Shown here in pieces: positions 38,565-46,879 of a DNA stretch of 64,000 nucleotides. The position numbers and the translations under genes are program-made. The stretch comes from Thermoanaerobaculales bacterium (GTDB taxonomy: Bacteria; Acidobacteriota; Thermoanaerobaculia; Thermoanaerobaculales; Sulfomarinibacteraceae), in NCBI GenBank assembly GCA_036351195.1, contig JAZBOQ010000114.1, forward strand, positions 11,832-75,831, in the 5' to 3' direction. The notes beneath the pieces were generated by a model. The model was not told where the DNA came from, did not search any database, and saw nothing but the letters and a program-made list of their open reading frames with translations. Numbering within the stretch: position 1 is the first letter of the stretch; each line of letters opens with the position of its first letter.

Positions 38565-39551
38565 ATGATCACAATGCGGAAGCTGGGAACCCTCTTCGCC
38601 CTTATCGGATTCGCTCTGCTCATCGCCGCGCCGGCCGCCGCCGGCGATCTCGAGTACGACCTGAAGCTGATGATGGAGTGGTTCGAAGGCGAGTTCGACA
38701 ACCACCTCCAGTACGTCGAGGAGAAGGAGGCCGAGAACCCTCCCGAGCAGCCCCACGATTGGATCCACTCGATCTTCCACCGCGTGGAACTCCCCGAGTT
38801 CGGCGACAATGTCTTCTACGTCGAGCAGTACATGCACGGAGATTCGACCAATATCTACCGCAATCGGATCTACTCCTTCTCGGTCAACGAGGAGGTCGAA
38901 GCGATTCAGCTCACCATCTACTCGTTCAAGGACCACGAGGCGGTGATCGGCGCTCACCTGGACGAGTCCAAGCTCGAGGGCCTGACCATGGAGGATGTCC
39001 TTACCCTGCCCGGGTGCGAGGTCTACTGGAAGAAACAGGCCGACAACTTCATCGGCTGGATGCCCGACGGCGCCTGCCGGGTGCCGTCGCGCCGCACCGG
39101 CAAGATCATCGTCATCGACGACGACCTGGTGCTGACGAAGAACGAAATCTGGATCGGCGACCGCGCCGAGGACGAAGACGGCAATTACATCTTCGGCAAC
39201 AAGCTCGGGATTCCGCACAAGCTCCACCGCAGCCACGACTTCGCCTGCTGGGCGGTGGTAGCGCCCCAGGGGTCGGCGGAGTTCGAGGGCGGCACCGTGG
39301 CCCGCGGGCTCACCCTGCACGACCAGGGCGGCCACTTCGAGATCGTCACCGATGACGCCGAGCCCCGCACCTTCCGCCTCGAGCTCGAGCAGCGCGTGTA
39401 CTCCGGGGAGAACCGGGTCGAGGTCCTCAAGCTCGCAGTCTACGGCGAGGAGGATGACGAAAAGAGCCTCGCCTACACCTGGAGCGAGCCGGACTCGACG
39501 AACATCGGGATGAACCTGCGCTGGTTCCAGGCGGGGTGCACAAAGAAATAG
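38565..39551 (+). CDS. Exported CpcT/CpeT-like (DUF1001, lipocalin-like) domain protein with C-terminal extension
   Basis: Signal peptide. MEWFEGEFDN..Q, FYVEQY and IYRNRIY blocks resemble the CpcT/CpeT family as I recall it. Confidence 0.5.
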   Translation: MITMRKLGTLFALIGFALLIAAPAAAGDLEYDLKLMMEWFEGEFDNHLQYVEEKEAENPPEQPHDWIHSIFHRVELPEFGDNVFYVEQYMHGDSTNIYRNRIYSFSVNEEVEAIQLTIYSFKDHEAVIGAHLDESKLEGLTMEDVLTLPGCEVYWKKQADNFIGWMPDGACRVPSRRTGKIIVIDDDLVLTKNEIWIGDRAEDEDGNYIFGNKLGIPHKLHRSHDFACWAVVAPQGSAEFEGGTVARGLTLHDQGGHFEIVTDDAEPRTFRLELEQRVYSGENRVEVLKLAVYGEEDDEKSLAYTWSEPDSTNIGMNLRWFQAGCTKK

Positions 39552-39579
39552 GGTTTCATCGATGCGCCAGGCATACGTC

Positions 39580-39666
39580 GCAACCACCAAGGCACAAAGA
39601 CACGAAGAAAAACACAAGGAGATTTCCTTTGTGACCTCCTTGGTGTCTTTGTGTCTTCGTGGTTGC
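39580..39666. repeat. Long imperfect hairpin (Lys/Thr/His-coding-looking arms)
   Basis: gcaaccac / gtggttgc (8 bp), cacaaagacac / gtgtctttgtg (11 bp) and an inner cacaagga..tcctttgtg stem. Translations of the arms give KAQRHEEKHKE and FVTSLVSLCLRG artefacts. Confidence 0.65.
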
Positions 39667-39711
39667 GGTGGTTTGATCCTAACGGTTCTCCATCTGGGCT
39701 TTGGAAGTGCC

Positions 39712-39870
39712 GTCGCCGACGACTCCGTAATGCCGGTCAATGGGCCGTCCACCATCACCATGGCGCCCTACGGCGAGTTCGAGATCATGACCATTCGCTC
39801 GCCCGAAGGCGCCTGGCTCGAGTTCTACCAACAGATCGATGCCGGAGCCCCCAGCGTCGAGGAGGAATGA
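39712..39870 (+). pseudogene. Possible C-terminal remnant of a VOC/glyoxalase-type gene
   Basis: MAPYGEFEIMTIRSPEGAWLEFYQQ resembles the last beta-strands of VOC proteins. No N-terminal part; upstream is the hairpin repeat. Confidence 0.3.
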
Positions 39871-40703
39871 TGCGAATTCTGAAGACCATCACCGTGATCG
39901 CGCTGACAATTGCCGTCGCCGCCCCCGCCGCGGCCGAAGAAACGGCCTCACCAACGGAGGACGCCGTGAGAGAAACGACCGAAGCCGCACCGGAACCGGT
40001 GCTCCTCTTCATCCAGGGCAAGCTCAAGGAAGGTGGCGAGGCCACCTACGGCAAGTACATCAAGGGCACGGGCCCGCTCATGGCCGAGTACGGCGTCACC
40101 GTCGACGCGGTGGGCGAGGGCGTCGCCGGCGAGCACACCACCGAGGCCTGGCCGGTCAACGCCATCCTCCGATTCCCCGATCTGGAGACGGCCGAGGCCT
40201 TCCTCGCCGACCCGCGGTACCTCGAGATCAAGACCGCGTACCGGGACGAGGCCTACGAGGAACTCCACCTGAGCCTCGTCCAAACCCGGGCTCCCAAGGT
40301 GAGAACCCCCAAGGAAGTGGCCGAAGAGGCCTTCGCCGACCTGACGCACGGCCTCGCCACCGGTGAGTGGGAGCCTTTTCTCGCCCGGCTTTCCGACGAC
40401 TTCACCTTCCACTTCCCCATGGGCCGCTACCAGGGCCTCAACGAAGGCAAGGAGACCGCTGCAGAGTTCTTCGCCTTCGTCTCCCAGGTCTACGCAGAGG
40501 GCCTCTTCGTCGACGAGGTCACGGGAGTGACGGCCGAGGGCACCCGGGTCGTCTTCGAGTTCAAAGACCACGGCCTGATGTTCGGTCATCCCTACACCAA
40601 CGTGGTCGCCATTTCGCTCGACGTCTGCGGCGAGCAGATCTGCGGCTACCGCGAGTACTTCGGTCTCGTCGGTCCGCCGCCGGGCGAGAGCGACGGCAGC
40701 TGA
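39867..40703 (+). CDS. Exported DUF1330 + SnoaL/NTF2-like fusion protein
   Basis: GGAGGA Shine-Dalgarno. Signal peptide. DUF1330-like YGKYIKGTGPLMAEYG...AILRFPDLETAEAFLADPRYLEI. C-terminal NTF2-like half. Confidence 0.6.
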   Translation: MMRILKTITVIALTIAVAAPAAAEETASPTEDAVRETTEAAPEPVLLFIQGKLKEGGEATYGKYIKGTGPLMAEYGVTVDAVGEGVAGEHTTEAWPVNAILRFPDLETAEAFLADPRYLEIKTAYRDEAYEELHLSLVQTRAPKVRTPKEVAEEAFADLTHGLATGEWEPFLARLSDDFTFHFPMGRYQGLNEGKETAAEFFAFVSQVYAEGLFVDEVTGVTAEGTRVVFEFKDHGLMFGHPYTNVVAISLDVCGEQICGYREYFGLVGPPPGESDGS

Positions 40704-40929
40704 GCCGATAACCGTGGCCGATGACCGTGGCGGCATGGTCAATCCTGTGTGTTGTCGAGGCCGCGGGAATCGCAATCTCGTTAGTCTTGAAGGTCCCAGC
40801 TCCCCTCAAGAGCATCGCCGATCAGGTGATTGCAGGCCGGTAGCGCGCGTACCATTTGTAACAATGTTCTGCGAACCATCGACGACCTCGAGCGCATCCG
40901 GTCAACATTGTTACGGGTGGTACGTTTAC

Positions 40930-41091
40930 TCGGCTACCCGCGTACCGGGTTTCCTCGCATCGGCCAAAGAGGTCGACACCCACCTCCAGCTCCTCCTCGG
41001 TGCCGGTGCCATCAATGCCGAACGTGCCGACAACGCCCTCCAGCTCTTCGACGATGTCAGAGCCCTCATCTGGAAACTCCTCCATCGGTGA
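40930..41091 (+). pseudogene. Remnant (C-terminal ~55 aa) of a four-helix-bundle (23S rRNA IVS-type) protein gene
   Basis: FLASAKEVDTHLQLLLGAGAINAERADNALQLFDDVRALIWKLLHR matches the last two helices of that family. The N-terminal half is absent or garbled. Followed by an 11-bp GC hairpin at 41105..41129. Confidence 0.5.
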
Positions 41092-41149
41092 ATGCGATGG
41101 TTGTGGTGGCGGGCGTCCCGCCCGCCACCAGCCGTCGCGGTTGCCGAGC

Positions 41150-41665
41150 GCGCTCCAGGTACCACTCGCAAGCGCTTCCCCAACCCGAGCGCCCCAGCGC
41201 GTTGGGCGGGACGTGCCATGCACGCCATTGTGCTCTCCATCGACCTCCCGGCCCGAAGCGCACTGTGCACAATGCGCGTGCTTGGCAATCCACGGGGAAC
41301 GCACCCAGGGTGCGCTGCTGACGCACGGAGGCAGGCCGCCGCTCGCCCGATCAGCGCGGTCACCTCGTTCTCGTTTCACACATGACCACGCTGATCGGGC
41401 GACGCTGGGTTGCCGCCGCCGTCCAGGCGGCCGCAACCCAGAAGGCCGGCGTACCGGGTCACAACCCCTTTGCGCTCGGAACTTCGAGGCGCTTCCGACG
41501 GCAGGCAGAGATGCCTGCCGCTACAAAGGCGGCCCCGGCAGAACCCCCCCGGTTGTGGGTACGCTTCGGACCGCGACAACGCACGAGATCCCCACCACGA
41601 CTCAATGCCGAGCTGGAGCTCGGCGGTCCACATCGCAGTCCGCCGTACCGGGAGCCGGCCGTATC
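41150..41665 (+). repeat. Composite hairpin repeat, copy B (longest copy)
   Basis: Contains every module seen in the other copies: stems 41343..41362 / 41383..41402, 41407..41439, 41500..41519 and 41607..41624. Confidence 0.8.
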
Positions 41666-41752
41666 CGAGGCCGATGACCGATGACCGTGGCAGCGGCAGC
41701 GGCAGAGGCAACGGCCAGCGATCATTGCAGGAGCCAGCGCCCGCGGCAACGC

Positions 41753-42158
41753 TCAACCGGGGAACCGGGTCATCAGCTCGAGGACGTCGTCCGGACGCTC
41801 TCGATGGGGCACGTGCCCCACTCCTTCGAGGATCGCCATCTCGGCGGGCCCCGCCGACGATCCGGCGGGGAAACTCGAGCGAACCGTACTCGTCCTGATC
41901 TCCGTGGATCGCTAGCACTGGACAGCAGACGTTGCCGAGATGCTCGTCCAGGCTCCAGCCCGCGAACTCCGGCGACAGCCACACCGCGGTCCAGGCGTCG
42001 AGCACCCACCGCGCCGTGTCCCCGTGCCACGCCGTGAGCTTCTCGAACCGTCCGGGATCGGCAAGGGCGGCCCGCGCACTCCGGATCCCTTGCCGCGTCC
42101 GATCCTCGTCGGGATCGTCGAACGTGCTCACTCCGAGTTGTCCATCGAACTGCCCCAT
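41753..42158 (-). pseudogene. Alpha/beta hydrolase C-terminal remnant, frameshifted
   Basis: CPVLAIHGDQDEYGS...FPRRIVGG in one frame and AEMAILEGVGHVPHRERPDDVLELMTRFPG(stop) in another. The shift sits at the G/C run near 41846..41852. No nucleophile-elbow half, because the kinase gene ends at 42170. Confidence 0.6.
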
Positions 42159-42169
42159 GTCTCCGACCC

Positions 42170-44692
42170 TCACGACGAGGATGCGTCGGCGAGCTCCTGC
42201 TCGAGTTGATCGGCCTCGTCGTCGCGGCCGGTTTCGCGCACCATGAAGACCAGGTTGCCGGCCGCCCGTCGAGTGGCCTCGTGATCGGCGCCGAAGACCT
42301 CGCGCCGGATCGGCAGACGTTCCCGCAGCAACTCCTCGGCCTCGTCCCGCCGATCCAACGTCCAGAGAGTCATGATCAGTCGGTCCGCAATCATCGGGGT
42401 CATGTAGTTTTCGTTTCCACGCACCCGAACGTTGCGTTCGAGGGCCTCCCTCAGCCAGGGCTCGGCCTCCTCCCACCGCTCCGCCTTGGAGAGGAAGAAC
42501 CCGACGTTGAAGAGGCTGTCGAGGAAGAAGGGATGCGCCTCGCCCAACGTCCGGCGGCGGGTCTCCGCCACCTCCCGGCTGAGTTCCACCGCCTCGTCGA
42601 ACCTCCCCATTTCATAGGCGTTCTTGGCGAGGTTGCTGAGGCTGCGAACGGTCTGGAGATGGTCCGGTCCGAGAACCCGCAATTGTCGTTCCAGCACGGA
42701 TCGGTAGATCTCCTCAGCCGTCTCCGGCCGGCCCCACCGGCGGTACGTGTTGGCCAGGTTGTTCTCGCCGATGAGGGTGTGGGGATGCTCCTCACCGAGC
42801 ACTCGTCGCAGCGCGGCCACGTGCGCCAGTCCGGCCGCCTCGGCCTCCTCGTATCGCTTCTGCCGGGCCAGGATCATCGCCAGGTTGCCCATCGCCTTGA
42901 GATGAGCGGGATGATCGGTCCCATAGTGCTCTTCCCGGATCTCGACCACCCGGCGGTACATCTCCTCCGCCGCCCAATCGTCTCCGGCCCGCATGAGGGC
43001 CGTCGCCAGATTGGAGATCGTGTTGGCGGTGAGAGGGTGGGCCTCACCGAACAGCTCCTCTTTCGTCGCGAGATTCTCCCGGTGGATCTGCACCGCCTCG
43101 TCGTAGCGGCCCTGGCGGCGGTACAGAACACCGAGAGCCTCGCGGGAGGAGATGCTCAAGGGATCGTCCTCACCGAGAATCCCGCGCCGACCCGCGACCA
43201 CCCGTTCCAACATGGGCTCGGCTTCGTCGTAGTCACCCCGGCTGACGAGAACACCCGCCACCTCCTGGGCGGCGGCGAGACAGAGGAGTTCGTCGGGCCC
43301 CAGAGAACGCGAGCATCGTTGGAGAACCTCGCGCAGAATCTGCTCTCCGTCGTCGATCTCCCCCATGTCGAATCGAGCTCTGCCGATCTGCAGTTCCGTT
43401 GCCAGGGTGTCCTCAGCGTCCGGACCCAGGCGCCTCCGCCGCAGCTCGGCCGCCGCCGTGAGGTGCTCGATGGAGGTTTCGTACTCACCGAGGGCGAGAT
43501 AGGTCGCCCCGAGCGTGTGCAACACCGCGGCCCGGTCGAGGGGCCGGCCCGAGAACCCGCGGCCGAGATTCAACGCTGCTTCGTCGAGGACCTCCACCAC
43601 CTTGACATCCACTCCCTCGACGGTGGGCGAGGCGCTTTCGAGCATGGTTCTCAGGAAGGCGTTGACCGCTTCGGCCTGGGACCGGGCATCCTCGGCGGCA
43701 CGCTGAGATCGCCGGGCGTGCACAAAACCGAAGGTGGAGACCACGGCGGCCAGCGCGAGGACCGCTGCCACCGTCCCGGCCGCCAGCCGGCGCCTGAGCC
43801 TGCGGGGTCGATCCCGGATCCGCCGCAGCCGCTCCGCCACCGCCTCGACGCTGGGGCGCCGGCCCGGGACGAGGGACTTCATATCCTCGATGAGGCGGGT
43901 CAGCTCGGCGTCGAGCCCCCGCACCGTTTCGGTCTCGCCCCACATGGCCTTGGCAACGAGCTTTTCCATCGCCAGACCGTCCTCGTACGGCGGCCTGCCG
44001 GTGAAGAGCTCCTGGAAGATCAGGCCGAGGGAGTAGACGTCGCTGGCGGCGGTTATCGCCTGCCCCCGAGCCTGCTCCGGACTCATGTACCTCGGGGTGC
44101 CGAGGGCCCGGCCGAGCTCAGTGACCATGGTTCCGTCCGGGGTGTCCACCGGATCCTCTGCGTCGAATGTGTGGGATCCGCTGGCCTCGATCTCCGGGTC
44201 TTCACGCGGCAACGATCGCGCGAGCCCGAAATCGAGCACCTTCACGCCGCCGTCGGGCCCGACCATGATGTTGTCCGGCTTGAGGTCGCGGTGAACCACG
44301 CTCATGGAGTGCGCCGCCCGGAGAGCCTCCGCCACCTGGCCGGCGATCTCAAACTTCCGAGCGTCGTCCTGGCCCCTGTCGATGGCGTCCTTGAGGGTCT
44401 CTCCCTGAACCAGCTCGAGCACGATGAAGTCGCAGTCCTGGCCCTCGATGAACTCGTAGATCCGGCAGATGTTGGGGTGGTCGAGCTGGGAAAGCAGCCT
44501 CGCTTCACGGACGAAGCGACTCTTGACCTTGGCATCGGGCCGCATGGCCGCTCGAATCACCTTGACCGCCACCTGCCGGCCCAGCACCTCGTCGATTCCG
44601 AGGTAGACCTCGCCCATTCCCCCGGCGCCGACGAGCTCGGTGATCCGAATGTTGCGGATACTTGTTCCGACGAGCGTGTCCACCAAACTCAT
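42170..44692 (-). CDS. Ser/Thr protein kinase with transmembrane segment and TPR repeats (paralog of 3772..6510)
   Basis: GAGGMGEVY...AVKVI, HRDLKPDNIM and DFGLARSL motifs. TM AAGTVAAVLALAAVVSTFGF. TPR-like C-terminus. Confidence 0.9.
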   Translation of the reverse strand: MSLVDTLVGTSIRNIRITELVGAGGMGEVYLGIDEVLGRQVAVKVIRAAMRPDAKVKSRFVREARLLSQLDHPNICRIYEFIEGQDCDFIVLELVQGETLKDAIDRGQDDARKFEIAGQVAEALRAAHSMSVVHRDLKPDNIMVGPDGGVKVLDFGLARSLPREDPEIEASGSHTFDAEDPVDTPDGTMVTELGRALGTPRYMSPEQARGQAITAASDVYSLGLIFQELFTGRPPYEDGLAMEKLVAKAMWGETETVRGLDAELTRLIEDMKSLVPGRRPSVEAVAERLRRIRDRPRRLRRRLAAGTVAAVLALAAVVSTFGFVHARRSQRAAEDARSQAEAVNAFLRTMLESASPTVEGVDVKVVEVLDEAALNLGRGFSGRPLDRAAVLHTLGATYLALGEYETSIEHLTAAAELRRRRLGPDAEDTLATELQIGRARFDMGEIDDGEQILREVLQRCSRSLGPDELLCLAAAQEVAGVLVSRGDYDEAEPMLERVVAGRRGILGEDDPLSISSREALGVLYRRQGRYDEAVQIHRENLATKEELFGEAHPLTANTISNLATALMRAGDDWAAEEMYRRVVEIREEHYGTDHPAHLKAMGNLAMILARQKRYEEAEAAGLAHVAALRRVLGEEHPHTLIGENNLANTYRRWGRPETAEEIYRSVLERQLRVLGPDHLQTVRSLSNLAKNAYEMGRFDEAVELSREVAETRRRTLGEAHPFFLDSLFNVGFFLSKAERWEEAEPWLREALERNVRVRGNENYMTPMIADRLIMTLWTLDRRDEAEELLRERLPIRREVFGADHEATRRAAGNLVFMVRETGRDDEADQLEQELADASSS

Positions 44693-44783
44693 TGTGACAC
44701 TCCCGGCCCGGCACAGGCTTCCGGCCGTCGGGCTTCCCCTCGGGTTTGCTCCCCAGGCGTCGACGATGCCGTTGGCCTCTGCG

Positions 44784-45845
44784 TCACTCGATGGCGACCA
44801 CGATCTTGCCGAAATGCTCGTTGCGACTCAGTGCAACGAGGGCCGCGGGGGCTTCGTCGAAACCGTAGGTCGCCGCCACGACGGGCTTCAGCTTGTGGCT
44901 TTCCACCAGATCGAGGGTCACGCCGATCATCCGTTCGAGAAGCTCCGGGTCGCGCTGGATACGGTGGACGGTGAATCCGTGAAGGCCCACGTCCTTGAAG
45001 ATCATGGTGTGGAGATCGAGGGGCGCCGCGGTTCCCGAGAGCAGCCCGTAGACCACCACGTGGCCGTCCTGGGCGGCGATCTTCATGAGCGCCGGCGCGT
45101 AGTCATAGCCCACGGGGTCGAAGGCGAGGTCGACTCCGCGTCCGTCGGTGACCGCGCTCACCCCTTCCACGAGCGCATCGGGGTCGGGGGCGACGACAAC
45201 GTGATCCGCCAGCTCACCCAGACGTTCGGCCTTGGCTTGCGAGGTGGTCGACGCGACGGTCGTCGCACCGAGGGCGCGGGCTGCCTGCAGCGCCACCACC
45301 CCCACCCCGCTCGACGCGGCGGTAATGAGCACCGTCTTGCCGTCGCCGGTCTCGGGAGTGACATGGCCCGCATCCAAACCGGTGAGCGCGGTGAGCGTGT
45401 TGAGCCAGAGCCCCGCCCCTTCGGCGAAGGACAGATTCTCGGGCAACGGAAGGAGCGTCGACCGGGGGTAGATCCCCGCCGTGCGGTAGGTCCCCATGCC
45501 GCGGTGGTCGATGCGCCCGACCATGAGACCGACACGATCGCCGACCGCGAGGGGTCCCACGACGGGTTCGGATCCTACGACTTCAGGCCCGAGACTCTCG
45601 ATCACTCCCACCGCTTCCTGTCCGAGAAACGACGGGCTGGGTGGTGGCCCGAAGTAGACGCCGGCGAGCTCGAGGAGGTCGGCGCGGATGGGGCCGATGG
45701 CCTCGAAGCGAACGAGCGCCTCACCCGGCCCGGGATCGGGCAGCTCGTGCTCGATGACCTCGAGCTTTTCGGGGCCGCCGGTTTCTCGGAACTGCCAGGC
45801 TTTGGCTTTGGTTGTCACTGGGGCCTCCTGTGTATTCCTATGCAT
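44784..45845 (-). CDS. MDR-family NAD(P)H quinone oxidoreductase / alcohol dehydrogenase-like
   Basis: Zeta-crystallin-like layout. Nucleotide-binding block VLITAASSGVGVVALQAARALGA. Confidence 0.75.
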   Translation of the reverse strand: MHRNTQEAPVTTKAKAWQFRETGGPEKLEVIEHELPDPGPGEALVRFEAIGPIRADLLELAGVYFGPPPSPSFLGQEAVGVIESLGPEVVGSEPVVGPLAVGDRVGLMVGRIDHRGMGTYRTAGIYPRSTLLPLPENLSFAEGAGLWLNTLTALTGLDAGHVTPETGDGKTVLITAASSGVGVVALQAARALGATTVASTTSQAKAERLGELADHVVVAPDPDALVEGVSAVTDGRGVDLAFDPVGYDYAPALMKIAAQDGHVVVYGLLSGTAAPLDLHTMIFKDVGLHGFTVHRIQRDPELLERMIGVTLDLVESHKLKPVVAATYGFDEAPAALVALSRNEHFGKIVVAIE

Positions 45846-45967
45846 GCCCGTTCTGATCGATCCCGGTCCGGATCACGATCCCGTTCCCGATATGGCGTTT
45901 CGGGATCGGGAGCGGGAACGGGATCGTGCTCGAATCGGCAAACCAACATCCGATCGAAGGCTCGCCG
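45846..45967 (+). repeat. Hairpin repeat F1 (core ATGGCGTTTCGGGA)
   Basis: Perfect 16-bp arms cacgatcccgttcccg (45874..45889) / cgggaacgggatcgtg (45913..45928) around the core at 45892..45905. Confidence 0.75.
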
Positions 45968-46855
45968 TCACTCCTTCTCAGCTCGCTCGGCGTCGATCAC
46001 CTTCTTGAAATACGTCCAGCTCGTCTCGTTGGGCCGCGTGTCATCCACCGGCGGTGGAGTGTTGTAGCCCGGCTTGACCCGCATGAGCTCGTCTTTGAGC
46101 ACGTCGGGAAGCTCGTCCCAGCTCGATACTCTCTTGCCGGCGCCGTTGTAGACCATCTGTCCGGCGCGGTCGCCCATCTTCATCCACGGCAACCACTTGG
46201 ACACCCTGGCCCAGGCGACGTTGGTGCTCAGGCAGCCGCCCACGGAGGCGTCGAGCAGTTCATCTTCGTCGAAGAAGAAGTTGAACATCTCGATGGCCTG
46301 GTAGGTGCCCCCGACATACTCCTGGTAGTCACCGCCCAGCGGATTGGTGTAGAAGAGCGGAACCTCGAAACTGAACCAGCCCTTGCCGTCCTTGAAGGTC
46401 GCCGGAAAACGGAACGGCCCCCACGCGCTCTTCTCGAAGTTGGGGTACTTGGAGTTCACCGGGTCGTTGAAGATGTGGACGATGTCGAGCTCTTCACCGG
46501 TCCAGGGGTTGGTCCAGGTGTGGATGATCTCGCCGGTCTTGGGATCCTGATAGATGAGGGCCTCCTTGGAGACCATCCGGAATCCATAGCCCTTCTCGGG
46601 ATCCGAGAGCACCTGACAGGCTCGGGTGTTCATGGCCTGGTACTTGAACAGGAGCCTGTCCTTCTCACCAGGCACGCGGCTGAAAACCTTGCCCGACCAC
46701 CAGTAGGTCGCCTGTTTGCCCTCCTCGAGATCACAGACGATCTTCTGCATCGCCTTGACCGCGTCCTTGGGGATGGAAAGGTCGAGCGTTTCCCCGGCGA
46801 GGGCCGGAGTTGCGACGAATGTCGCACACACTACGAGCAAGATCAGTCGTTTCAT
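45968..46855 (-). CDS. DUF1838 family exported protein
   Basis: Start at the internal MKRLILLVVCATFVATPALAG (signal peptide). Homologous to 60922..61719. The family name is from memory. Confidence 0.6.
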   Translation of the reverse strand: MKRLILLVVCATFVATPALAGETLDLSIPKDAVKAMQKIVCDLEEGKQATYWWSGKVFSRVPGEKDRLLFKYQAMNTRACQVLSDPEKGYGFRMVSKEALIYQDPKTGEIIHTWTNPWTGEELDIVHIFNDPVNSKYPNFEKSAWGPFRFPATFKDGKGWFSFEVPLFYTNPLGGDYQEYVGGTYQAIEMFNFFFDEDELLDASVGGCLSTNVAWARVSKWLPWMKMGDRAGQMVYNGAGKRVSSWDELPDVLKDELMRVKPGYNTPPPVDDTRPNETSWTYFKKVIDAERAEKE

Positions 46856-46879
46856 TGGTTTCCTCCGTAGGCGCATCGG

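Noticed and set aside
39562-39711. N-terminal part of ORF 39562..39870 (MRQAYVATTKAQRHEEKHKEISFVTSLVSLCLRG...).
   Set aside because: This stretch is the two arms of the long hairpin read as protein, with mirror-image Lys/His/Thr versus Phe/Val/Leu/Cys composition. It is not a genuine coding start.
41150-41665. CRISPR array as an explanation for the recurring palindromes (gccgagctNNagctcggc and others).
   Set aside because: Copies are scattered kilobases apart and not regularly spaced with unique spacers. Repeat units differ in length, and there are no cas genes.
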